Position numbers and translations under genes: made by a program. Of a DNA stretch of 14,713 bases, positions 1 to 14,713 are shown one piece after another. Below the pieces are notes generated by a model, which saw only the letters and a list, made by a program, of their open reading frames with translations, ran no database searches and was not told where the DNA came from. How positions within the stretch are numbered: position 1 is the stretch's first letter; each line of letters begins with the position of its first letter. Origin of the DNA: Tubiluchus corallicola (lineage: Eukaryota; Animalia; Priapulida); the NCBI GenBank assembly GCA_030141605.1, contig JAQGDQ010002108.1, forward strand, positions 1 through 14,713. Reading direction: 5' to 3'.

Positions 1-65
1 GTTGTTTATTCATGCTCAAACATGTTGAAGCAATAGCACGTTCACTTGTTTTTTTCATCACTTAC

Positions 66-178
66 CTAAAAAGCCCCCATCTAAAAACACTTTCAGGTCT
101 CCCCCAGATTTCCAAGTGATGCACAAATTGTGCCAGATTTCCTCACTCAGAAGTTGACTTGTAAATCCAGTTATATTT
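66..178 (-). CDS. Pentraxin-like gene exon 5 (contains WHNLCITWKS)
   Basis: Acceptor tttacag|A and donor TTAG|gtaagt; 113 nt, phase 2 to 1; near match to the pentraxin signature H-x-C-x-[ST]-W-x-[ST], followed by LKVFLDG. Confidence 0.88.
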
Positions 179-868
179 CTGTAAATCATATAAATATTTA
201 CAAACAACTAGCCAAACCCCACAAAAGCTTTTTATGCATGAATATTCAGCGCGGTTTTTGCTTATAGGAAATAATAACAATAATAATAAAAACAACAACA
301 ACAACAACAACAATACTAATAATAATAATAGTAATAATAATAATAATATTAATTCAGTTAGTCAGTCAATAAGCCAGTCAGTCTGGTGGCCAATCAGTTA
401 GTCAGGTGGTCAGTCGGCTAGTCAGTCAGTCAGGTGGTCAGTCAGTCAGTCAATCAGTTAGTTGGTCAGCCAATCAGTTAGTCAATCACCCTCCTGAAAA
501 ACTTCTTTCACATGCGCATGATCAGTTGTTTGATCTGCATTCTGTAGCAGTGCTACATGTGAAATTGCCCAACGAGAGTCACGAGATGCTGGATCTACGC
601 ATGCGCTCAGCTACAACGTAAATTTACTTACATGGAAGTATCAGCTACACTGAAGGATAAATCACCATTATTAAAGAATAGAACTGAGGAAGCTGTCGTA
701 GCAACTATCACCTGGTCATCTGGTTGGGTAGCAGGATCAGGTTTCAACCACTACGAAAAACAAAACATTTGTGACTGTATCAAAAATTGTGGTAAGATTC
801 TGATTCATGATAATGATAATTATAATGATAATGATCACGATAACGATAACATTAACGATAACTATAAC

Positions 869-909
<41 letters not shown>

Positions 910-3900
910 GTAAATAATGTATAGATGGATAAATGAACAATCTTTATTATATACCGGCAGAAATATTATATTTGTTTATTTGTTGATTAAAAGTCTAAGA
1001 AAAAGTCGAGATGCAATCTCACTTTTGAGAGCTGATTTTAGCTTGATTGATATCTGGATCGCGGATTGACTTTTTTCTGATTTCAAACCTTACAATCGAT
1101 TAAACTGATTCTGTATTTTTATTACAGGAAATTAAAAACATTTATAGCCAAAAACAAAAAACTTTATTAAAATTTCACATTAAAAAATTAAAATTATGCC
1201 ATTCGTTTCGACTAGCGGCTGTAACCATCAGTGGTAAATTTACAAGCATACAACCAGTTTATATATGCAGAGAATATAATGCACTAATTAAGTAGGTAAC
1301 AGAAGCCAAATAGGTAATAGTAAAGAAATTGATACAGCAAATTATGCACTAATTATGTATTTACAAAAGTCTATGTATTATACAAAGGTAATGAATAAAC
1401 AGACCTGAACAAAAGAAATTGATACAGTAACAAATAACTAGGTGTTTGAAGATGAATTTATAGGAATTGAACTCCATTTTACATTAAAGGGAAGGCTCAT
1501 TTGGGTATAAAGATGAACTTTCTTTTCTTAATAAGTTCCAGTTATTAGTATGTCTGTATTTGATAATTAAAAAACGTCTAACACATTTTCATCCCGAGAA
1601 ATGAGATGCACAAAGATCTAAAACATGGTTGGCTGTTCATACTCACCATACACCAAGTGAATTCGGTTACAGGATCTGCAAAATTTGAGAAAAAATTTAC
1701 AAAGGCCCCCGGAGTCGAGTTGAGGTCAAAACCTTCCGAACTCTCACAAGGTACAAGCTCTGCAAAAAAAGATATCGTTGAATAAATGTGGGAAAATCTC
1801 TTTTGATGAAAATTTAATTAATAAAATAATCATCTTGACAGTGCTAGTAATAATCACAGTTTATATTTTTCAGTATCATTTAATTATTATTTCATAATAT
1901 TATGCTTATTAATGGATATTTGAACCTCTCTATATAATGTTTACATATTCGGATCAATGTAGATTATATTTCGTATATATTAGAAAAATATGTAAAAATT
2001 TAAATAGGACATCTTTTGCAAAAGCTTGATTAGTCAACTCTCAACTTATCATAGAAAAACCTATGTCTAAGCTACATTGTTTAGAGCAAAACCGGACCCA
2101 GTCTTAAACGGCAGGTCAAAACAAACTACTCATTAAAATATTGAAATCAAACACGCTATTTTTTCAAGAATGACATACGCGAAAGAGTTGTTAACATATA
2201 AACACAATTTCACGTTCATTGCCACAAGCTCTTCACTGGTACATGTATTTCGCCCTTCGTTAGTTAGATGGGCACTAGCCCCTGCATGCCAGAAATGCAT
2301 TGTACAAAAAACGGGTGCTGAACCTTCAAGTTCAGATGTGTTAATTTGTGACGAACTACACACGTTCGACATCTCATGCGTGAGCACAGCCCTTAATATG
2401 GAAATTGAATTTTTATCTTAAACCTTGCCTAGTTTTAGGGAAACACACTGAATATCTTACAGTAACACTGTACTTAAATTTTCTCTTTCACAAACACGTA
2501 CAACACGCTCGTGGAATATTTTTGCTGTTGAAAACTATGTTAGTTTGTGATCTGACTAATAGTTGGGCTCGCCTGCCGCTTATTAAGATTGTAATCTATT
2601 ATTCAATTATCAGAAACACTTTTGCAGTGCTAATTGTGTTAAAATCTAAACTTTTTATCGGACTTGAAAATTGGGTTGTATATGAAAAATCATCCTGTCT
2701 TCCTTTAATCCTCACAACATCTTATTCCACTATTCTGATGCAGGTGGGGTACACCCCGCAGAGCTGTCCAGTACCTATCCAACCCACCTTTAATGAAGCA
2801 ATTATACGCCTAGGCTGGCCTTGAACATCGATTAGGTATGTAATGTATAGCTTCCACTATATATTTATAAAAAAATATAAGAATGTTGAAAAAAATTCAG
2901 AAATTGTTGAGGAAGGATCTCTAATTAAAAGATTATTTTCATATAGAACTAGACTCTGGTCCTGCCACAGCCATGATGTAATAAATAAGCCCCGCTGTTG
3001 AATGTTGAATAATTCACCTTTGATGATTTAGGGAAATCTCAACACATGGGTCCACTAATCACATGACTCTCCACAGGTCGTAGGGTACTTTTGTATAACA
3101 GACAACCCATTGACAAATGGCTCGCCCGAATTGGAGTCATTAGAATTGTTATACCACTGTTTAGCAGAAGCGTGCAATACAATTCGTTTACTACTATTAT
3201 ACAACGAAAGCATATCTTCTATTTTAGTGAGTTAGTACATAAATTTCTTTCTAATATTGGAGGAAACGTTTTATGGGGGGGGGGAGGAGCGAGTAGGTAT
3301 CTTCCTCTCGCTCTCTCTCTCTCTAGTTGTCTGCTAAAAACAAAATGGTAACTGTAATCAATTAGGGCCTGTCTCATTAAGATATTTTTCTTACCGTTTT
3401 CTAAAGCCTTTTCAGCTTCACGAACCTTCGAAGCAAGGTTTCCTAAATTGACCGAGTGTTTTAGACCCTTGTCAGAGTACTGACCATCAGTGGTGACCAA
3501 GGTCACCAAAACTGCCAGAACCTGAAAAATTAACAATTTTGTAAGAAACGAAAATTAACTAAAATAAATAAATTGAAATCGAAATAAATTATGATGTGAT
3601 TATGCTATTACAAGCACAATTACACATTTACAAAATATAGCTACAAGAATTTGACTCATACATCATACATCAAATTGCATATTTTCTAGTAAATATTTTT
3701 TAAATGTTGCATTTATTTTAAATACTCGCTTGTTTTATTTTACTGGGTAAATTTTTCCACATTTTAGCACAATTGTACATGACAGAATGTTTCATAATGT
3801 TGGTTCTGCACTTAGGGAAGTGGAATTTGTGGTATTATCAAGTTTGATATGAATTCATACTGCTATTATAATTGAAAAAAATGGTGATAAAATTTAGCAA

Positions 3901-5557
3901 AAAGATCAACATATTTGAATAAATTCGTGGCTACTCGTGTATAAGCACTGTAGTACTGCAGCACCCCCTGTTTTCACTCATTATTATCGAAAATATTTAC
4001 TATAATATGTCTTTTTTTCTTTAGTTCTTTTTTATGCTTGTGGTGAACCGGAGCACGTGAGGGAAGAAAACTCTACTTCACAGTCCTAGCAGCGTTGTGT
4101 TTGGCTGTTGTGCGCATGCGCATGTGTTTGAGAACACACGCTGCACACTAGCGTCTGCTGCTGGGCAGAAAAGTAACAGTTGCCATTAGCCTCCCGTGCA
4201 CCGTCACATTCTTGCATATGATAAAGTGTAAACTTAGCGTGTGCTTAAAACATAAATTATTTAATAATGGACGCCTTGCATTCCCAAGAAATAAGTTATG
4301 TGACTGTAAGTGAACTACAACAGCTTAATTTTTCAGTTGTCTCATGAGAAAGTTGCAGTTAAGAAAAGTGGCCATTCAACACCCGATATTCAACTACAAA
4401 ATTAAAATTACATGTTTGTTACAGTATTTTACCCAGCTACGAGCTACCATTAAGTATCTGCATATGTTTTACCCCGTATCTTAAAATCTTAAACAATTAA
4501 TGAATACGCACATTTAATGATTGTTTTATAGTACATGACTTTTATATGAACACTTGTTTTTGATTATTGTCTGTGTGTGATGGAAAATAAATTTGTTTAG
4601 AAATGAAATTTATTTACGTGAGATTGTATTACTGCGCGTTCAGACTAGCAAGTTTTCTCTCTGACAGCAAACTCACAAGCGTGTGAACTACTGTGTGAGT
4701 TACTGTTGGCAAGTTATTGCAAACTCTGCGACAGTTACTGTGAGTACACGCTTGTGTGTTACTAAACAAGTTACTTGGCATAAAAACTCACTAGCCTGAA
4801 CCCTCCGTATCCTGAATAATGACTTTTTCACTTACGAAAGTACAAGACAAGTTAAGTACGCAAAATAAATACAAACTATTTCAGCGTGAAAGTATAAAGG
4901 AAGTTTACAAAAACCAAGCAACACTTTCTGCATGTTTTGCATTTAATTAGAATATCGATTTACATTATGATATAAACGAATTTGTTTAATAATCCTGGAA
5001 CGAGGTTTGTTTAATAATCCTGGAACGAGGTTTCATTTGTCTAATCAAAATTCAAAACCACAAAAATCGTAAGCAAAATGAAAATTCGACGTCCAAAATT
5101 AACTTCAAATTTGACATCGTTAAATCAAGAACAAAATTTGCAAATTAATAACGAATCAACCTGTCAAACCCACGAAATTTGCCTAGTATATGTTACAACA
5201 AAATAGTCAGAATCCTTCATACAAACTCTAAATTGACTTTAAGGTGGCTTATTAACTAAGCATAAATTATGTTAGTCCAAATAAAGAAACAAACACTTTA
5301 AAATGGCTGAAAATGAAAAAGAGAGGAGAAGAAAAAAGGGAAAAAGATAGGAAAAGACGAAAGAACGAGTGCACGATGAATGAAATACATGATTGAGTGA
5401 GTGATTAAATTGAAAGAAACAACAAATTCACTGTGCAACATGCAAAACAAGTGTTATTTACATAAAGAATTTTTTTTACTTATTGTACTATTCTTACTTA
5501 AAACAGATTTTATATTATACTTACTAATATGGCTTGCATTATCAGAACGTCTGCCAT
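66..5557 (-). CDS. Secreted pentraxin/LamG-fold protein, 5 coding exons in window, 3'-partial: join complement(5525..5557,3395..3521,1647..1759,632..750,66..178)
   Basis: All junctions are GT-AG with compatible phases (0,1,0,2, then 1). Spliced product (168 aa in window): MADVLIMQAILVLAVLVTLVTTDGQYSDKGLKHSVNLGNLASKVREAEKALENELVPCESSEGFDLNSTPGAFVNFFSNFADPVTEFTWCMWLKPDPATQPDDQVIVATTASSVLFFNNGDLSFSVADTSINITGFTSQLLSEEIWHNLCITWKSGGDLKVFLDGGFL. It has a hydrophobic signal peptide and the pentraxin motifs FTxCxWxK and WHxxCxTWxS...DG. Confidence 0.85.
271..487. repeat. Microsatellites (AAT/AAC)n followed by degenerate (CAGT)n, in pentraxin intron 4
   Basis: Simple repeats seen directly. Confidence 0.9.
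632..750 (-). CDS. Pentraxin-like gene exon 4 (WLKPDP...VADTS)
   Basis: Acceptor tttttcgtag|TGG and donor CAT|gtaagt; 119 nt, phase 0 to 2; completes FTWCMWLKP across the junction. Confidence 0.85.
808..907. repeat. Degenerate (GAT/AAC/AAT)n ending in pure (AAT)n, in pentraxin intron 3
   Basis: Seen directly. Confidence 0.9.
1647..1759 (-). CDS. Pentraxin-like gene exon 3 (ELVPC...TEFTWCM)
   Basis: Acceptor ttttgcag|AG and donor ATG|gtgagt; 113 nt, phase 1 to 0; carries the FTxC motif. Confidence 0.85.
2080..2704 (-). mobile_element. Non-autonomous DNA transposon copy A, TTAA-ended (Kolobok-like terminus)
   Basis: Colinear inverted homology with 6379-6952. Ends catcctgtcttcct|TTAA (TTAA at 2705-2708). 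The far boundary is uncertain. Confidence 0.7.
3395..3521 (-). CDS. Pentraxin-like gene exon 2 (end of signal peptide plus short helical segment)
   Basis: Acceptor ttttcag|GTT and donor AACG|gtaaga; 127 nt; only frame 0 is open; lies within track ORF 3219..3536(-). Confidence 0.8.
4630..4809. mobile_element. MITE-like foldback element (possibly PIF/Harbinger type)
   Basis: Imperfect TIRs gttcagactagcaagttt / aaactcactagcctgaac, plus an internal inverted pair cacaagcgtgt / acacgcttgtg. Confidence 0.6.
4981..5033 (+). repeat. Perfect 25-bp tandem duplication
   Basis: tttgtttaataatcctggaacgagg x2. Confidence 0.95.
5525..5557 (-). CDS. Pentraxin-like gene exon 1 (MADVLIMQAIL, start of signal peptide)
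   Basis: acaATGG start in good Kozak context, 33 nt, then a perfect donor TTA|gtaagt. Joins exon 2 in phase 0 to complete the hydrophobic signal peptide. Confidence 0.75.
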
Positions 5558-6378
5558 TGTACACTTTAATGTAAACAATTATTTAATATTAATAAAAACA
5601 GTATATTAATATTAACAACTATTACTAAATATTTAAAGACACGCGTGTACGTGGCACAAATAGTAACTAAATAATACCGCAACGTTTTAAATAGCCAATT
5701 TCAGTGCTTAGTGACCCAGATGATCGTCCTACTGAGTCCGTAGACATAGAAGATTTTTGCGACACATTGGATAACTAGGTTTACTCACTGATTGCGTTCT
5801 TCATTGCAGAACTGTTGTAATTAGTGGGATTTGCTTGGTTCTGTAACAGTGGAGTGGAATGTTTTACTGGACGTAAAACAGGTTAAAAGAAAACACGATT
5901 TTTTCCCCAGGGCAAAGCTGTTTGACGTGTATAGACCACAAATCTATTTTTGTTCTACTTACAAAATTGGTCATCTGTCTATCACACAAACTAGTCCACG
6001 TTTTCACCAGTTTCCACTTTTCATTATCTGCTAAAAGTGATTAATTAAAACGTCTTTGTCTTCTAGTAAAATGTGAACAAATGCAGCCAGAAGCAGCAGT
6101 AGTAGTAACTGTTTGTTAAATTTTTTTTGTGATCTTTTTCATTTATTATTGTTCGGTTTTCAGAGCTTGTTGTTGTTTATTATTTAAATATTAAGTCACG
6201 TGATAGTCATTTATTTGTTACAATGTAATTTACATGAAAATCAGACCTGCTTGCTATGAAAAACAATCATAAAAATAATGCAATTAAAATCTTTATTTCT
6301 TTTACATTCAGTTTGTGGGCTGAGATTTTCAACTGTCACCGTCTCACCTTGTTAATTTTAAATCATCTTACAATTTAA

Positions 6379-6952
6379 AGGAAGACAGGGTGATTTTTCA
6401 TCATTTTCAAGTCTGATACATTTTAACACCAATAATACTGGAAAAGCGTTTCTAATAGATTAAAATCTGAATTTACGGCGGGCGAGCCCAACTTTTTAGC
6501 ACATCACAAACTAACATAATTTTCAAGAGCAAAAATATTCCACGAGTGTGTTGCACGTGTTTGCAAAAGTAAAAGTTGAATTTATTTGCTACAGTGAGAT
6601 ATTCAGTGTGTTGTACCAAAACTAAGTTTTAAGATCAAAGTTTCAAATTTATCACTGTGTTCAAGTATGAGCTGCCCAACGTGTGCAGTACGTCTCAAAC
6701 TAACACATCTGCATTGAGAGGTACACTTTTGCAATGTGTTTCCGAAATGCAGGCGCTAGTGCCCGTCTAACTAGCAAATGGGAAAATGCTTGTAACAGCG
6801 AAGAACTAGTGGCGCGAATGTGAAATTGCGTTTGTGCGACAATAATTCCTTCATATAAGTAATTTTTGAAAAAAATAAGTTATTTTCTTTCAATATTTTA
6901 AAGAATAGATAGTTTTGACATACAGTTTAAGTTTTGCTCCGGTTTTGCTTTA
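6379..6952 (+). mobile_element. Non-autonomous DNA transposon copy B, TTAA-ended (Kolobok-like terminus)
   Basis: Begins TTAA|aggaagacagggtgatttttca. Blocks such as ggcgagcccaact, aaaaatattccacgag, gctagtgccc and ccggttttgct are reverse complements of blocks in copy A. Confidence 0.7.
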
Positions 6953-7196
6953 AAGGAAGCTAGTTCAAATCTAACAGTAAACAATTTTTACAGACTTTAA
7001 ACATTAAGCAATCCCCCCCCCCCCCCAAATGTGGTGCCGAGAGTTTAATTTTTTATTATTATGGCATTAGTCGGATTTGTTTGCTTGAAAATTGTACAAG
7101 ATAACCGTGTCTTGACTGCATTACCGTATTAATAAGTTGATTTTTACCTTTTTGAATTTACTTCTGAATAGAGTAGTCTATTCGTAAGTTGACGTG

Positions 7197-7197
<1 letters not shown>

Positions 7198-7226
<29 letters not shown>
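7198..7226. repeat. (TA)n microsatellite
   Basis: Seen directly. Confidence 0.95.
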
Positions 7227-7228
<2 letters not shown>

Positions 7229-7934
7229 TTTCTTCTCTTGAGCGGGGAGAGGTTCATTTTTTGACGCGTTTACAACCCTGCAGGCATTAGCGGTATTTAG
7301 GTAAAAACGTTCAACGAAAATAAGGCTATAGAAACTTGGATATTACGAGCATATAATTTGACATAGTAAAATACTGACACGGTTTCAACATTGTTGTCAA
7401 TAACGGTATTTAGTAATTGAGTTCATATAAAACTTTTACTCTAATATTTACGTGTTTCTGTTTCGCCAAACTACCTGTCAACTTGTCTAAATATTTAAAG
7501 TAAAAGTCAAGTTTCTCATGATGTTGAACTTATCTTCATATGTTAGAAAGCTTCAGCAATAACATTTTGATAAGCATCTCGTGTAATCAATTTAGTATAA
7601 TCAATTTAAAGTCGTGATTCTTTACGCTAGGGGGCGTTGATTTTAGATAAAAAATGACGTCATTATGTTTCCATGCAATATAAACATTTAACCAGGTGCT
7701 TCAGAATCTTTTTTTAACTTGCAGAGCGAATTCTATAAACTAAGTAATCAGCCCGGTACATACTATGTGCTGGCAAGTTTACATACGTATCTAAAAGTCT
7801 ACAAAACTCTGTAAATTAATTATTTACACAATTAAATTTAATTACTTACAGATTTTCAAGTGCAGTCCTGTAGATTGGAGCAATATAACCATCTTTAAAT
7901 TTGATCATAATTGATCGAATGACTAATTTCTGGA

Positions 7935-8165
7935 TAAATACAATATTAGAATAACTAAATTTCTGAGTGAACTGTAGAAATTTCTCAACGTCAACCTTCA
8001 CCACAGCATGCCTTCAGGGCATTCACGCTGTCCAGCAGACACCAGCTTACGTCACAGTTAAATACACCATTAGAACAACTAAACTTCTGAGTGAACTGTG
8101 AAAATTCCTCAACGCATCACAGTTTGCCTTCAGGGCATTCACGCTGCCCAGCAGACACTAGCTTT
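7935..8165 (+). repeat. Diverged tandem duplication, about 110-125 bp x2
   Basis: Copies start at 7935 and 8059 and share ttctgagtgaactgt, tgccttcagggcattcacgctg and cagcagacac. Confidence 0.9.
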
Positions 8166-8380
8166 TACATTATTTTTACATTAAAATGCAATAAATGTTA
8201 CTCGAGGGTTTAAAACATTTACTCTAGTCAAATTTTAGTAGTTGATCCCCCTGATTTATGTAGGTAGCGCTGTTTGCCCCATTCTCCCTTTATTTCACTA
8301 TGCCCGCATAGGCATATTTCTGAGATCAAAGTGTTTCTAATTAACACGTTTTATCGTTGTTGTTGTATTTACTGCAGTTA

Positions 8381-8466
8381 CTGCTGCTGCTGCTGCTGTT
8401 GTTGCTGCTACTGTTGCTACCGCTGGTTGTCGGTAGCAGCAGCAGCAGCAGTAGTAACAGCAGCAG
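8381..8466. repeat. Inverted (CTG)n / (CAG)n microsatellite pair forming a hairpin
   Basis: Core stem tgctaccg (8415-8422) / cggtagca (8431-8438), flanked by CTG-rich and CAG-rich arms. Confidence 0.8.
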
Positions 8467-8854
8467 ACAATTGACAATCAGACGAAATTGACAATCAGAC
8501 AATTGAATCACGAAACTTGATTAACATCCTCACTTTTGTTTCACACCAAATTTTAACTCTTAATGCAAGTTTAGTTAATGACCTCTCCCTCTCCCTCTCC
8601 CTGACAGCTATTGCTTATGTCAGAAACTAACGACAATTTTTGCAATAACAGGCGTCTCTTGTGCATCAAGCACGTTTGCGTAGCGTTACAGTACTGCTTA
8701 ATCGTATCTTCTCAATTGTTATCACTGTACCGCCTTCTATTTGTCAGCCACTTGAATGTGGCAAAAAGGCGCTGTTACCAATCTTAGTAGATTCACTGAT
8801 CCTCGCGTAGCTTTGAAAGTTTAACAAAATTTGGGTATTCGAGGTAATTATTAT

Positions 8855-8860
8855 TTTATT
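8855..8860 (-). terminator. Candidate AATAAA polyadenylation signal for OTOP
   Basis: tttatt on the plus strand, about 220 nt past the stop codon. Motif only, in AT-rich DNA. Confidence 0.3.
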
Positions 8861-9081
8861 TAAGATTTTAGAGCATTCTTTGTTCTGAACCAATGCTTAC
8901 ACAATCATCCGGTCTTCCTTGGAACGGTTGCTACAAAAAATGATAAGGCTCGCATTTCTCTGATCTATTCCACAGGTCTTGAAATGAAAAATCAATAATT
9001 TTAATTATTTAAAAATCGTACTTACTAAACCCGTGTTTTACCATTTGATTAAACATCATAATAGCATGATAAGCATTTACA

Positions 9082-14243
<5,162 letters not shown>

Positions 14244-14304
14244 CTGAAAAGATTGTTGAAGAATTCATTTGCCTTTGTTCTTAGAATAACTTCACTTTCT
14301 GTTG

Positions 14305-14384
14305 AATAAATGATAACATGTGATAATGGAAGATTACTTATCTTTTAATTCTTTATCTTCCATTATCACATGTTATCATTTATT
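14305..14384. repeat. Perfect 30-bp inverted repeat with a 20-nt spacer
   Basis: aataaatgataacatgtgataatggaagat (14305-14334) / atcttccattatcacatgttatcatttatt (14355-14384). Confidence 0.95.
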
Positions 14385-14698
14385 TAAGTTACAAAACTAA
14401 AAAACAGTTCTTTAAACCGTATCTACTCTCCTAATTTATTTAAGTTACAAAACTAAAAAACTGTTCTTTAAACCGTATCTACTCTCCTAATTTATTTAAG
14501 TTACAAAACTAAAAAACAGTTCTTTAAACCGTACCTACTGTCCTAATTTATTTAAGTTACAAAACTAAAAAACAGTTCTTTAAACCGTACCTACTGTCCT
14601 AATTTAATTAAGTTACAAAACTAAAAAACAGTTCTTTAAACCGTATCTACTCTCCTAATTTATTTAAGTTACAAAACTAAAAAACAGTTCTTTAAACC
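14378..14698 (+). repeat. 56-bp minisatellite, about 5.7 near-identical copies
   Basis: Unit atttatttaagttacaaaactaaaaaacagttctttaaaccgtatctactctccta starts at 14378, 14434, 14490, 14546, 14602 and 14658 (partial). Confidence 0.97.
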
Positions 14699-14713
14699 TA
14701 CGGTTGTGAATGA

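Noticed and set aside
406-940. ORFs 406..621(+), 632..913(+) and 737..940(-)
   Set aside because: Driven by microsatellites or antisense to pentraxin exon 4; the real exon is 632-750 on the minus strand.
1488-2704. A single TTAA-flanked transposon capturing pentraxin exon 3 (TTAA|agggaaggc ... gtcttcct|TTAA)
   Set aside because: The terminal match is only a few bases. The left end has a weak local inverted partner near 1585-1605, and exon 3 is an integral part of the domain.
2133-2824. ORFs of 83-139 aa as a transposase
   Set aside because: No recognisable catalytic motifs, and homologous copy B has indels and no matching ORF in the track.
5583-5615. 12-bp inverted repeat just upstream of the pentraxin ATG
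   Set aside because: The arms are A/T only and expected by chance in this composition.
8274-8474. Cys-rich 66-aa ORF as a metallothionein-like peptide
   Set aside because: The Cys and Ala runs come from the CTG/CAG microsatellite, and the start is not ATG.
14378-14698. 56-bp array as a CRISPR array
   Set aside because: Units are contiguous with no unique spacers, there are no cas genes, and the context is a eukaryotic intron.

Overview
AT-rich, microsatellite-rich eukaryotic DNA, most likely from an invertebrate animal; I cannot identify the species. It holds two intron-containing genes, both on the minus strand. (1) The last three coding exons of an otopetrin (OTOP) proton channel: 14243-14083, 11246-11114 and 9980-9082. 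(2) A secreted pentraxin/LamG-fold gene that the ORF track largely misses. I reconstructed it by hand from five phase-compatible GT-AG exons (5557-5525, 3521-3395, 1759-1647, 750-632, 178-66); it continues past the window start. The introns and intergenic DNA carry a solo LTR with a 5-bp TSD, a tRNA-derived SINE with a duplicated head, a Tc1/mariner-like shell, two inverted copies of a TTAA-ended element and a MITE. They also contain a degenerate TTAGGG array, a compound microsatellite and a perfect 30-bp hairpin fused to a 56-bp tandem array. I see no prokaryotic system or CRISPR array.
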